DNA of 64,000 nt from a virus: IMG/VR virus record IMGVR_UViG_3300025881_000006, positions 15,324 to 79,323 of that record; one strand, given 5' to 3'. The notes beneath the pieces are model-generated. The model was not told where the DNA came from and did no database searches. It worked only from the letters and a program-made list of their open reading frames with translations. Below are positions 20,768-29,918 of this stretch, one piece after another. Positions within the stretch are counted from its first letter, which is position 1, and each line of letters begins with the position of its first letter. A program made the translations under genes and the position numbers.

Positions 20768-20831
20768 ATTTAAGATACCTTATTTATTACCTATGCGTCA
20801 TACTTTGAGTGACCTATAGCAAACAAACCAT

Positions 20832-22505
20832 ATGGGAACGACTATTATGAGCTTGCCTAAATTACCCTTTAATATCACTTTATTATCTAATAGTAAGATA
20901 AAGGCGGGACTACGCGAAATCACTACCTTGGATATATACGATGGACAAACAACTAACTTCCATCCTGAAGGTTTATTCTCTACTCAGATTTTCGGTCGGG
21001 TAGGAGAAGAGATTAGAGACAGAAACTTCGCTTTCATTGATTTAAAAGTATCTGTCATGCATCCCACTCTTTACAAAACACTTACTAGAATGCGAGCCTT
21101 ATATCAAGGTATTATGTCTGGTAAAGTGTATGCTGTTTTTGATCCTGAACAAAAAGACTTTGTCAGTTCAGATGAGCAAAGTGGTAGAACCGGTTATGCT
21201 TTCTTTATGCGTCATTATAAGGACATTGAATTTAGCCGTAATAATAGTAAGAAGCGCGACCTTTCTATTGACCTACTGACTAAACATCAAAACGATGCTA
21301 TGGTCAGAAGAATGATTGTTATCCCAGCTGGCATTCGTGATATCATTATTGAAGAAAACGGTAGCGTTAAAGAAGATGAGATTAACGCCTTGTATCGTCG
21401 TGCTATTTCTATTGCCCGTACAGTAGATGTTACTGATGGTAATATTAATAACGAGATACATGACAGTGTTAGATACAACATGCAGTTAACCTTTAATGCC
21501 GTCTACGAGACACTGCGTAATATACTAGAAGGTAAGAAGGGATTCATTCAAGGTAAGTGGGGTAGTCGTAAAATACTCAACGGTACACGTAATGTTATCT
21601 CTGCTATGGATGTATCGTCTGCTAATGCTAATGATTTATCCATGCCTACTGTGAATGACACCATGACTGGATTATATCAATCCATGAAAGGTTGCTTACC
21701 TGTTACTATCTATTGCGTTAAACGTTCTATCGTTTCTGATATCTTTTCAGTAGACAGTAGAAGTATTCCTTTGGTTAATAAGAAGACCTTACAATTAGAA
21801 CACGTCGACGTTAATAGCGATACGGTTGACCTATGGACATCCTCTGAGGGTATTGAGAAATTAATATCAGGATATGTGGATATAGACAAGCGACATGAAC
21901 CTATTGAAATAGCCGGACATTACCTAGGTCTTATCTACGACGATGGTGAAACCTTCAAAGTCTTTAACGACATGAGTCAGTTCCCTAGTGGTGCAGGTAA
22001 GGACAAACCTATTGCTGAGGGAGAAGACCATACGTTAGACCCTAAGTATGTAAGACCATTGACGTGGTGTGAGTTCTTCTATACAGCCTGTTACGAACGT
22101 TTCAGTACGGTGAAGGTAGTAGTGACTCGTTATCCTGTTACTGGATTAGGTTCTACGTATCCTAGTAATCTTTATCTAAGAACCACCGTAAAGGGATTTA
22201 ATAGGGTACCTTTAGATGAGAACTGGTTACCGGATGATACTAGACTCCCTGCCACGCAGATGCCTGATACAATAAACAAGGGTAGTCATGTAGATACGGG
22301 TCAAGTTCACTCTTCTAGATTACAAGGTTTAGGTGGAGACTTTGATGGTGACACTGTGTCATTTAACTTTGTCTATACTCAAGAATCTGTTGCAGCGGTA
22401 GATAAGTACTTTGATAGTAAAGAAGCTTACTTAGACCCAAGGGGTGGTTTACAACATGCCTCTAGTGATTTAATTGAATGGACTGTACGTAACATGACAG
22501 CATAA
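20832..22505 (+). CDS. rpoC: Virion RNA polymerase beta' subunit, N-terminal/catalytic fragment (phiKZ gp180-like)
   Basis: GLFSTQIFG, GKKGFIQ, TRYP and catalytic GGDFDGD. Confidence 0.93.
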   Translation: MGTTIMSLPKLPFNITLLSNSKIKAGLREITTLDIYDGQTTNFHPEGLFSTQIFGRVGEEIRDRNFAFIDLKVSVMHPTLYKTLTRMRALYQGIMSGKVYAVFDPEQKDFVSSDEQSGRTGYAFFMRHYKDIEFSRNNSKKRDLSIDLLTKHQNDAMVRRMIVIPAGIRDIIIEENGSVKEDEINALYRRAISIARTVDVTDGNINNEIHDSVRYNMQLTFNAVYETLRNILEGKKGFIQGKWGSRKILNGTRNVISAMDVSSANANDLSMPTVNDTMTGLYQSMKGCLPVTIYCVKRSIVSDIFSVDSRSIPLVNKKTLQLEHVDVNSDTVDLWTSSEGIEKLISGYVDIDKRHEPIEIAGHYLGLIYDDGETFKVFNDMSQFPSGAGKDKPIAEGEDHTLDPKYVRPLTWCEFFYTACYERFSTVKVVVTRYPVTGLGSTYPSNLYLRTTVKGFNRVPLDENWLPDDTRLPATQMPDTINKGSHVDTGQVHSSRLQGLGGDFDGDTVSFNFVYTQESVAAVDKYFDSKEAYLDPRGGLQHASSDLIEWTVRNMTA

Positions 22506-22539
22506 ACAGCGGCAGGGATTACCCTGCCGACTATGCCGT
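22497..22539 (+). terminator. Hairpin + TATGCCGT element
   Basis: cggcaggg-atta-ccctgccg, then acTATGCCGT. ACAGCATA upstream. Confidence 0.7.
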
Positions 22540-22550
22540 ATTGGTGACTA

Positions 22551-22577
22551 TTTCAGACATATATTACCTTGGTGAAT
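22551..22577 (+). promoter_or_regulatory. Putative early promoter
   Basis: tttcagacatatattaccttggtgaat contains the exact phiKZ early core TATATTAC. Confidence 0.72.
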
Positions 22578-22612
22578 ATAACTACTAACCCATTACAACG
22601 AGGGGATTTATT

Positions 22613-25084
22613 ATGGAATTTTCAAAAGAAGCATATCACAAAATACTTTTATCTGCACATGAAAGTAAAGACATTAACACATATCAACGTTTTGCACTAT
22701 GTACCATATTCACCATCGTTAACAACGTGGAGTATAAAAGCGATATTGGTATTATGGATAGAGTTTCTACCCATTGGAACGTACCTGAGTCATCTGAAAC
22801 TAGTAATCTACTAACGGTTCGTTTAGTGGGTGAGTACCTAACGGTTTATGGTAGTATTGATAAAAATAAGCGAGCGCGTATTGAAATCCTTACAAACAAT
22901 GGTGGGTTGAACTTTAACAGAAGTATCAGTAACGTAACCTTAGACTCTATTAAGAATCTTGAGTACGATATAGTAACCGAACTATTAGAGACTACGGGTT
23001 TAACCATTAAAGATGTTAAACGGGAATTGAATAGTGGTAAGTACCGTATAGTTAAAAACATTGATGAGCAGTTGACTATATTTCAATCTAAATACTGGGA
23101 GGCACAGCGGGAAGTACAGGCTGACAAAACCGTCAATTCTGAGAGTAGTCGAGAACATGAACAATTTCATACTGATTGTGAAGGTATAATTAAAGCTATA
23201 CGTTCAGGTCTAACTGCACCCGAAGAGTTAGATAGGTACGTGGCTAGGTTGGCTATGCAGGCCATCCTTTCACTTCCTTCTAGAGGGATAACGTGTAAGT
23301 TTACAAGACACACGGAATCAGGGGCCTTTGCATGTCATATTTACAATAGCGACTACATTATAAATATCATTATAGGTGACGGTCAAGGATTCTTGAAGGT
23401 AAGTCATACTGCAAGTGGTATGAGATTTTCTAGAACTAAAGAACTAAACTTTGCCAGTGCTGAATATAACTTAATAGACGGTTTGATAACTAAGGTTAAA
23501 CTATCCACTAATAACTCATGGATGGTACCTTCTATTAAACTGCCAAACGTAGAAGTGACATTTACTTCTATGGTTAATAAGTTACACCCGGGTGAGGATA
23601 CTGAAGCATTATCAAAGTCCACCGATGGTGGTCAAGGAGTTAATCCAATGACTGTACAAGATAGAATAAATGAGTTTAAGACCATAGTGATGGCGGACAA
23701 GGAATGTGATTTTGGAAGTAAGAGGGATTGCTATGTTCAACGTATGGTATTTAAATTTATGGAGAATACGAATAACCATAAACATTTAAGCGATTCGGAT
23801 ATTAAGGCTGGCCTTTATGTTGAAATTAAAGGGGGGTGGTTATGCGCATCTGTAGGTCTATTTAAGAGCGGTAGAACTACTCTCGCTATTAAACATAAGG
23901 CATCCGATAGGAAAATTGATTCCAAGGTAGTGGATGCAATAGTCCGTAACGGATGGGATATCCTTACGCTACTGACTACAACTCCTACCCTTAAAGTTAA
24001 AGATATAACTAAAGATGCTTTTAAATCGTTAGATACTATATCAAATAAATCGTGGGCAAGTACTAAAAGTAACCAAGTACAGTACTTGAGAAATGTAAGC
24101 CAGATAAAAGAGCGCTTTATCGATGAGATTATAGAGTCATCAACAGGGGAACTTAATCACTCTAATGAATTTGGTCTACTTATACTTACACTAATAGCGT
24201 ATTATAATGGCGGGGATGAGTTTAACGTATCGGTGGGTGATAGGTATATGACTTGTACATTAACGTATGATAATTATACGCTAGATGTAACCTATGTAAA
24301 TGGTAGGGTGAAGGTGAAATTGAAAACCAATGGAGGAGAAGATCACACCGACGTATTACATCGACTGTTGAATAACAGATTCAATATAATAGATGCATTT
24401 CGTAATAATGGAAAGATATCGCCTACGGATCTTGTGGACATACTTACGTTAGGAAAAGGAGGAGGGATGGTACTGCCTATGATGTTAAGTAATAATAGAT
24501 TAGTGGATATTCTCTGTGAACGTTATGGTGTAGAACCAAATACGTTGAAAGGGAAGTGTGATGTGAATACAGTGGAGTCAGTTTTACCCGATAAGGATAT
24601 ACCAACTGAGGGTAAGATGGTTGAGTTAAAGGTACAGTTACTCACCCACGAATATCGCGCACAGACCATACGTCAACCCTTAAGTCTTGAGTGGTTAGCG
24701 TTCGACCGTGGATTGGTACAATGTCCACCCGAACAAGACCCCTACAAACTAGACTATCCAACATGGTCGCCGTTACCCTCCGCGTACGGTAAAGGTACGT
24801 CATACGTAAATGAGCACATTAGATATAGCGGTATGAACGTTATGCCTAACAAACTCCCTATTAAACTGGTAATACCTACACCACTAGGCTTTATCACGTA
24901 TGACAATACAGGTGAGAGTATTAGGTTAAATATGCCTGTGAATATTGCAATAGCTTTCTTCTGTAAAGATGTAAATATGCCATTGCAATCTACTGAGGAT
25001 GAAATACTGACTACATTACTAGGTACTGGTAATACGTCAAGTATTGTAGAACATCTCTGTATAATGAAGGAGGCGTTTAAGTAA
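22613..25084 (+). CDS. Multi-module hypothetical protein (four divergent repeats plus C-terminal domain)
   Basis: 823-aa ORF with GAGGGG SD. Internal repeats are visible by eye (see findings). Confidence 0.8.
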   Translation: MEFSKEAYHKILLSAHESKDINTYQRFALCTIFTIVNNVEYKSDIGIMDRVSTHWNVPESSETSNLLTVRLVGEYLTVYGSIDKNKRARIEILTNNGGLNFNRSISNVTLDSIKNLEYDIVTELLETTGLTIKDVKRELNSGKYRIVKNIDEQLTIFQSKYWEAQREVQADKTVNSESSREHEQFHTDCEGIIKAIRSGLTAPEELDRYVARLAMQAILSLPSRGITCKFTRHTESGAFACHIYNSDYIINIIIGDGQGFLKVSHTASGMRFSRTKELNFASAEYNLIDGLITKVKLSTNNSWMVPSIKLPNVEVTFTSMVNKLHPGEDTEALSKSTDGGQGVNPMTVQDRINEFKTIVMADKECDFGSKRDCYVQRMVFKFMENTNNHKHLSDSDIKAGLYVEIKGGWLCASVGLFKSGRTTLAIKHKASDRKIDSKVVDAIVRNGWDILTLLTTTPTLKVKDITKDAFKSLDTISNKSWASTKSNQVQYLRNVSQIKERFIDEIIESSTGELNHSNEFGLLILTLIAYYNGGDEFNVSVGDRYMTCTLTYDNYTLDVTYVNGRVKVKLKTNGGEDHTDVLHRLLNNRFNIIDAFRNNGKISPTDLVDILTLGKGGGMVLPMMLSNNRLVDILCERYGVEPNTLKGKCDVNTVESVLPDKDIPTEGKMVELKVQLLTHEYRAQTIRQPLSLEWLAFDRGLVQCPPEQDPYKLDYPTWSPLPSAYGKGTSYVNEHIRYSGMNVMPNKLPIKLVIPTPLGFITYDNTGESIRLNMPVNIAIAFFCKDVNMPLQSTEDEILTTLLGTGNTSSIVEHLCIMKEAFK

Positions 25085-25090
25085 TAAATA

Positions 25091-25118
25091 AAGAGGGGGG
25101 TACTGCCCTTCTTTTTTT
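25091..25118 (+). terminator. Rho-independent terminator
   Basis: G-rich/C-rich hairpin followed by T7. Confidence 0.6.
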
Positions 25119-25206
25119 GTTCCTCTGAATATGAAAATACGCGTTACGGCATATTACATGAAGTATTATGTTAATTATCATTATATCCCAATAGGACACT
25201 TTCCCC

Positions 25207-25482
25207 ATGAAATGTAAATCTTGCAACACGACAATGAAGTCACTTGTCAAACATACCTCTCCCGTTTCTGACTCTAAAGAATTTACACTCTTTCATTGTA
25301 CATGTGGAACTATACTTAAAGAAGGACGTGATGCACATTTAGGTAGCACGTGGATATTAGCCAATGGTACATTAGTAACTGATAGGGCTTGCAACATCAG
25401 TATGATAGACCCAGATGTTGACCGTTCTGATAATGGAATGGGCGATTGGCAATTTGCCGATAAGGTAGTTGCAACCGCATGA
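25207..25482 (+). CDS. Small Zn-ribbon-like protein
   Basis: N-terminal CxxC (CKSC) and HCxC (HCTCG). AGGA SD. Confidence 0.6.
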   Translation: MKCKSCNTTMKSLVKHTSPVSDSKEFTLFHCTCGTILKEGRDAHLGSTWILANGTLVTDRACNISMIDPDVDRSDNGMGDWQFADKVVATA

Positions 25483-25483
25483 C

Positions 25484-25520
25484 GTAGAGGTGGGGGTTGT
25501 CCTACCTCTGCTTATGCCGT
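25484..25520 (+). terminator. Hairpin + TATGCCGT element
   Basis: gtagaggtggg...cctacctctgc, then tTATGCCGT. Confidence 0.7.
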
Positions 25521-25539
25521 CAATTGACATCCTAGACAT

Positions 25540-25566
25540 TTACACCCCTATATTACCTTGGTGAAT
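25540..25566 (+). promoter_or_regulatory. Putative early promoter
   Basis: ttacacccctatattaccttggtgaat shares TATATTACCTTGGTGAAT with the copy at 22560-22577. Confidence 0.72.
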
Positions 25567-25613
25567 GCGTACAATAAAGTACTGTTCTTTAAACTTAAAA
25601 AGGTATACTACCC

Positions 25614-26135
25614 ATGAATACATATCAATCTAAAACACAGCTTTGGACTAACGCCACCATGCCTACTATACTGGCTTTTATTAGTCAGAATAATGAAGGG
25701 CGCGTGCTGAAGTATATTAATAGTAAGTTACAACCTTACCTTTTCCAAAAGAAAACTCTACCCAACCTGTACATCTCTCACGACCCTATCCCTGATTCAT
25801 GGGACGACGAGCATGAAGGATTGAAGGGAGCAATACTAGATTTAGATTTACCTAAAGACGCTATATGTATCTGTAAAGATGCTGACGATAGATTATTATT
25901 AATCCTAACCTCTACCTTTGAGAACATCATCATATCTGACCTACATGCCAGTGGAACAAGTAAAGTAGTAGTATCTAGTGTATCTGATAAATTATGTCAA
26001 CTATTAACGCCGCTAGTCAAAGGTGCAATGAGTGATAATAGTTTAAACTTCATCATTGGTAACTTCGCTGATGAGCTACCAGTCACCGTTAGGTTAAAGA
26101 ATCTAATTGAATTTTACAACGAGGAAAGTATCTAA
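25614..26135 (+). CDS. Hypothetical protein
   Basis: 173-aa ORF with AAGG SD. Confidence 0.75.
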   Translation: MNTYQSKTQLWTNATMPTILAFISQNNEGRVLKYINSKLQPYLFQKKTLPNLYISHDPIPDSWDDEHEGLKGAILDLDLPKDAICICKDADDRLLLILTSTFENIIISDLHASGTSKVVVSSVSDKLCQLLTPLVKGAMSDNSLNFIIGNFADELPVTVRLKNLIEFYNEESI

Positions 26136-26659
26136 TGGTAAACATATCTAAACGAGCACGTTCAAGACTAATACGTATCATGGCACTCAACACCACTAAG
26201 TATCTGTACGATACAATACTTACTGCTATACATCTATATGTTCGCAATACAGAAAAGAGCATGGTACAAAAGGAAGTGCTTTCTGTTAGGTTAGGGAACT
26301 TTAAAAGTATCATTGACCTTAGCAGTGATAGTGATGAGTCTGCTATGATACTAACGTTGACTACTAAAGAGGATAGGATAGTTCTTACATTCAATCTTAA
26401 AGAAGGGAACGTGGGTATCGATACCACCTATGATGGTAAGGATGCTACTAAAGAAATGGAAGGCTTTAGAGAGAACCTACAGAGCGTGTTCAAGGTAGGT
26501 GGGAATGTATATGAGGGCTTCCCATTAACGGACTCACCCACTGCTAAAGATGCTATTAGGGAAACAATAGATGAAGTGGTAGGTAGCGGACACAATATTG
26601 TCAGTGCCTCATTCCAATTAGCGGTAACAATACCCTCTATTGGTTTACTAAATGATTAA
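26135..26659 (+). CDS. Hypothetical protein
   Basis: 174-aa ORF, TAATG-coupled to the upstream gene. Confidence 0.75.
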   Translation: MVNISKRARSRLIRIMALNTTKYLYDTILTAIHLYVRNTEKSMVQKEVLSVRLGNFKSIIDLSSDSDESAMILTLTTKEDRIVLTFNLKEGNVGIDTTYDGKDATKEMEGFRENLQSVFKVGGNVYEGFPLTDSPTAKDAIRETIDEVVGSGHNIVSASFQLAVTIPSIGLLND

Positions 26660-26684
26660 CCTGTGGTAATATAAATAATCGACG

Positions 26685-26724
26685 TAGGAGAAGGGGGGAT
26701 TAATCCTCTCTTCTTCTATGCCGC
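26685..26724 (+). terminator. Hairpin + TATGCCGC element
   Basis: ggagaaggggggat...atcctctcttctt, then cTATGCCGC. Confidence 0.6.
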
Positions 26725-26767
26725 ATCGTGTGTATAGTATTTATTTTTTTATATCAGGAGGTGCGAA

Positions 26768-27691
26768 TTGATTAGTAAATCACAACTACGTGAACTAGAA
26801 CGCTGTACTCGCAACCTACTAACTGTAAATCGCGGTATAGCTAGTTCAATGATTAACATTCTAAATAGAATGGAACAGAACCCATTAGATAGGTCTGTAA
26901 TGGTCCTAGACGGCCCTCTGGCAGCAATACAGGTTAATAGTAACCCATTGGTACATGTAGGGATAGAAAAGTCTAATATAAGCGTTGTATTAAACCACGT
27001 CGATTATGAGTTAAAGGTAAGGGTAAAGCAAAACTCTTGCGGATTCTATTATCGTCAAGTTGGTGCTAAGCGAGACGCTGTGATAGAGCAATTAAGTCGT
27101 GTAGTGTCTCTAGAGGGATGGGATATTGTTGACGGTACATTACAGGCTAAAGACACTAGTGTTAGAGAAACATTAGTAGAATTTAAACATAGTACGCCTC
27201 CAACCGATAGTGATGTAATAACATTAGAAGGTAAGTTAAGAAGTGCTGTGGATAACCTAGAGGGCTCCTGTAGTGTCGACTATGCCTTTTATGGCTGTAG
27301 TAACCACAACGGTGGGAGTGATAAGGAGATATTAACGTACGCGTCGTTACAGGAACGATTAGGGATACATAGATACCGCTATGGGAATGTATTCTCAGGC
27401 ATCGCAATGAATGACCTAATAGAAACCACTGTAACAGATTTAGTGTGGACTCATGAAAACGTGGGCACGGACTTTGAAGCGTTGTATGTACTTATCCCTA
27501 CCATACGAGGTAGTATTGTGATAATCGTTGAGAATGGCGCAATCCTATTTGCTATCCCCGATAAGATTAAGCACTTGCTATCGTTAAACACAGGATTCAT
27601 TCCAGGTATGTTACTGGCTGAGATTATACTAGGTTCATTCCCATTTGATGATATCTCTTCAAGGATGAGGACATTGAATGTTACTATTTAA
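26768..27691 (+). CDS. Hypothetical protein, two-module paralog of the 823-aa protein
   Basis: TTG start with AGGAGGT SD. Shares GWDIVD and IPT.RG.I segments with 22613..25084. Confidence 0.75.
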   Translation: MISKSQLRELERCTRNLLTVNRGIASSMINILNRMEQNPLDRSVMVLDGPLAAIQVNSNPLVHVGIEKSNISVVLNHVDYELKVRVKQNSCGFYYRQVGAKRDAVIEQLSRVVSLEGWDIVDGTLQAKDTSVRETLVEFKHSTPPTDSDVITLEGKLRSAVDNLEGSCSVDYAFYGCSNHNGGSDKEILTYASLQERLGIHRYRYGNVFSGIAMNDLIETTVTDLVWTHENVGTDFEALYVLIPTIRGSIVIIVENGAILFAIPDKIKHLLSLNTGFIPGMLLAEIILGSFPFDDISSRMRTLNVTI

Positions 27692-27990
27692 CAGATTTGT
27701 TTTATTTGCTAGATAGTAATAAGAAGATGTAGATAATTAAATACATACCCCCTATTTGTTATAATGGGGGGTTTGGGGGGTATAGACTTCAGTAAAGAAT
27801 AAAGAGATAAAAAAGAAAGAATAAAACAATCAAAGAAACATTACTTGTTATTCTTTATTACCTTATTAGTTATCTTGTTATATTTAGATTAGTAGTAGTA
27901 GTAATATTGCTTTGTTATTATACTATCTAATAAACATAACCTTGAGTAGTGGGATAATTATTTGCTATGTCCTGCTGCGAACTGGAACGT
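27692..27990. other. Long AT-rich non-coding region with C5/G6-TTT-G6 element (candidate origin or structured RNA)
   Basis: About 300 bp without an ORF. C5 at 27748-27752, G6-TTT-G6 at 27766-27780, A-rich then T-rich tracts, (AGT)4. Confidence 0.4.
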
Positions 27991-27991
27991 A

Positions 27992-28008
27992 TTATAGACC
28001 TACATTAC
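27992..28008 (+). promoter_or_regulatory. Putative early promoter
   Basis: ttatagacctacattac. Confidence 0.65.
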
Positions 28009-28045
28009 TACTATGTAACGGTAACAATACAATAAGGAGATTACC

Positions 28046-28615
28046 ATGAATAACGAATTAAACACTGAGATAGATAAGTACCTAGGCTGGGTAGATGAAG
28101 TAGACCAAGTCGAACGAACACTAACACGTAAACTAGAAGGATTGATAATAAGCTTATCTCCTACTATCGATGCACTTAGAGTAGATTGCATTGAACTCCC
28201 TGCTACTAAATCATTTCCATTACGTGGTACTATCCATCGGTTAGCACAGGACAGTTTACTACCTGACTATGTTAAAGAGGTTATTAAGTCCACGACTAGC
28301 TTCACATCTAGACATGACGTATGCGAAGAGCCTACCATTACATTATGCACTACCAGTACGTTAACTGTATTGATAAAAGTAACAGGTAGTAGTTATAATG
28401 CTCACATTAAACGTGAGATTGATAAGTTATGGACTGAGATAGTGTCTTTACGCAACTACCTACTTCATGCACACAAGCTAACATCAAACCCTGCACTGCG
28501 TAATGTCAAGAACGCAGAGTTGGCTGAACTATTGGCAGAGATACACCGTAATGAAGGTGTACTCAATGCACTCACTGATATAGCTAGATATCACGTGATT
28601 AAAGTGAGGCTGTAA
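28046..28615 (+). CDS. Hypothetical protein
   Basis: 189-aa ORF with AAGGAG SD. Confidence 0.8.
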   Translation: MNNELNTEIDKYLGWVDEVDQVERTLTRKLEGLIISLSPTIDALRVDCIELPATKSFPLRGTIHRLAQDSLLPDYVKEVIKSTTSFTSRHDVCEEPTITLCTTSTLTVLIKVTGSSYNAHIKREIDKLWTEIVSLRNYLLHAHKLTSNPALRNVKNAELAELLAEIHRNEGVLNALTDIARYHVIKVRL

Positions 28616-28629
28616 TTTAAGGAAGTAGT

Positions 28630-29175
28630 ATGATTTCATATAAGACCACAGTCACTAATAAGAAGACTGGGGAACGTCTTAATACATTTGCTAGTAGAGG
28701 AGAGTGTACTAAACATTACTATCCTCTTAAAGACGAACGAGGTAGATTCATCCATGGGGCATTTGAAGAGGCTGAGCGTTTACGTAAGGCGTTAGAGCGT
28801 GACCATGAGTCTATCCTTGTATGGACACTAGCAGACGGTACTGAGGTACTGATACAACAACTACGAGTCAATGCACAACCTTTACGCTTTGTCGTTTATC
28901 GTGAATCTACTGCTACTGAACATTGGTTTGGTGCTATGAGTGGTATGATTAAACGCACAGGGATACCTGAGGTGGCTATAAACCTAGTACTGAGTCAAGA
29001 GACTTGTGTATCCATGGGAGGTTATCAGTTTCAGCGTATTGGTGAGAATAAACCATGGCTTAAACCTGATGAAGTAAAACCTACCTTAGAGTGGCTCTTG
29101 CTGTGTATTGAAAATAAAGTACCTCGTACGCTATTGGCTGAATGTTGTCAGTTACTCATAGACCAACAAGAATAA
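28630..29175 (+). CDS. Hypothetical protein with NUMOD1/HTH-like DNA-binding segments
   Basis: NKKTGE..NTFAS..EC and F..MS....RTGI....I...L.....GGYQF resemble homing-endonuclease DNA-binding modules. No nuclease motif was seen. Confidence 0.5.
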   Translation: MISYKTTVTNKKTGERLNTFASRGECTKHYYPLKDERGRFIHGAFEEAERLRKALERDHESILVWTLADGTEVLIQQLRVNAQPLRFVVYRESTATEHWFGAMSGMIKRTGIPEVAINLVLSQETCVSMGGYQFQRIGENKPWLKPDEVKPTLEWLLLCIENKVPRTLLAECCQLLIDQQE

Positions 29176-29187
29176 GGAAACGTCAGT

Positions 29188-29646
29188 TTGAAAAATACCT
29201 TATCGCTTCATGTGGAACATTTCATCAAAAGTAGTGATACTAAGAAAATGAAATACGTAGAAGCAGGACACCTTACTTTACGCACCGTACATGCATTTGA
29301 GTCGTCCTTTACTACGGATGATGACTTTCATTACCAATCTTACAATATCGATGGGGTATCGGTAGAGGTAGTGGTGTTTAACGAACATCCATACCCTATT
29401 GGCTTAACCATAGAAAATAATAAAGGGTTACAGGTAATGCTAGCTTACCATAAAGACGGTAAGGTTACATTCAGCTATGTGCTAAGTACTAAACCTGAAA
29501 TGGGTTATATGTCGTGGCCTGATAAAGCGCCCTATAACCTCGCCATTGAACGTATATTGGATAACCAATGTAACTTACTAGAGTTGATGCAAAAAGAGCA
29601 CCACTCATCACTGAAGAAGTTATGTGATACCATCCTATCGTCATAG
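29188..29646 (+). CDS. Hypothetical protein (single copy of the repeated module)
   Basis: 152-aa ORF. RILDNQCNLLELM resembles RLLNNRFNIIDAF in the 823-aa protein. Confidence 0.7.
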   Translation: MKNTLSLHVEHFIKSSDTKKMKYVEAGHLTLRTVHAFESSFTTDDDFHYQSYNIDGVSVEVVVFNEHPYPIGLTIENNKGLQVMLAYHKDGKVTFSYVLSTKPEMGYMSWPDKAPYNLAIERILDNQCNLLELMQKEHHSSLKKLCDTILSS

Positions 29647-29654
29647 AGGTACGT

Positions 29655-29837
29655 ATGTCTGATTATTTATCGTTACCTAGTAATAAGAAACCTACTCCTA
29701 AGGCTCCTGTGGCAAAACCTAAAAGTAAAGCCAAGCGTGTCGTTAAAAAGAAGAAACAGGAAAAGGTTGCAGAGAAAGTAGTCTATTTGGAATACCCAGA
29801 ACACATGCGTAATCCAAGTAGAGTATGGTACCGATAG
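29655..29837 (+). CDS. Small Lys-rich hypothetical protein
   Basis: 60 aa with GAGG SD and a very basic central tract. Confidence 0.65.
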   Translation: MSDYLSLPSNKKPTPKAPVAKPKSKAKRVVKKKKQEKVAEKVVYLEYPEHMRNPSRVWYR

Positions 29838-29918
29838 TAATAGGGTACCAAGGGAGTATGAGTGAGCCTATTTAAAAGACACTCAATCGGTATATATTTA
29901 TCCAAGGAGATTATTATT

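Noticed and set aside
15356-20819. Many + strand ORFs antisense to the tape measure gene, such as the Ala/Pro-rich 16224..16811
   Set aside because: They are shadow ORFs from codon bias of the long minus-strand gene, without SD sites or independent coding signal.
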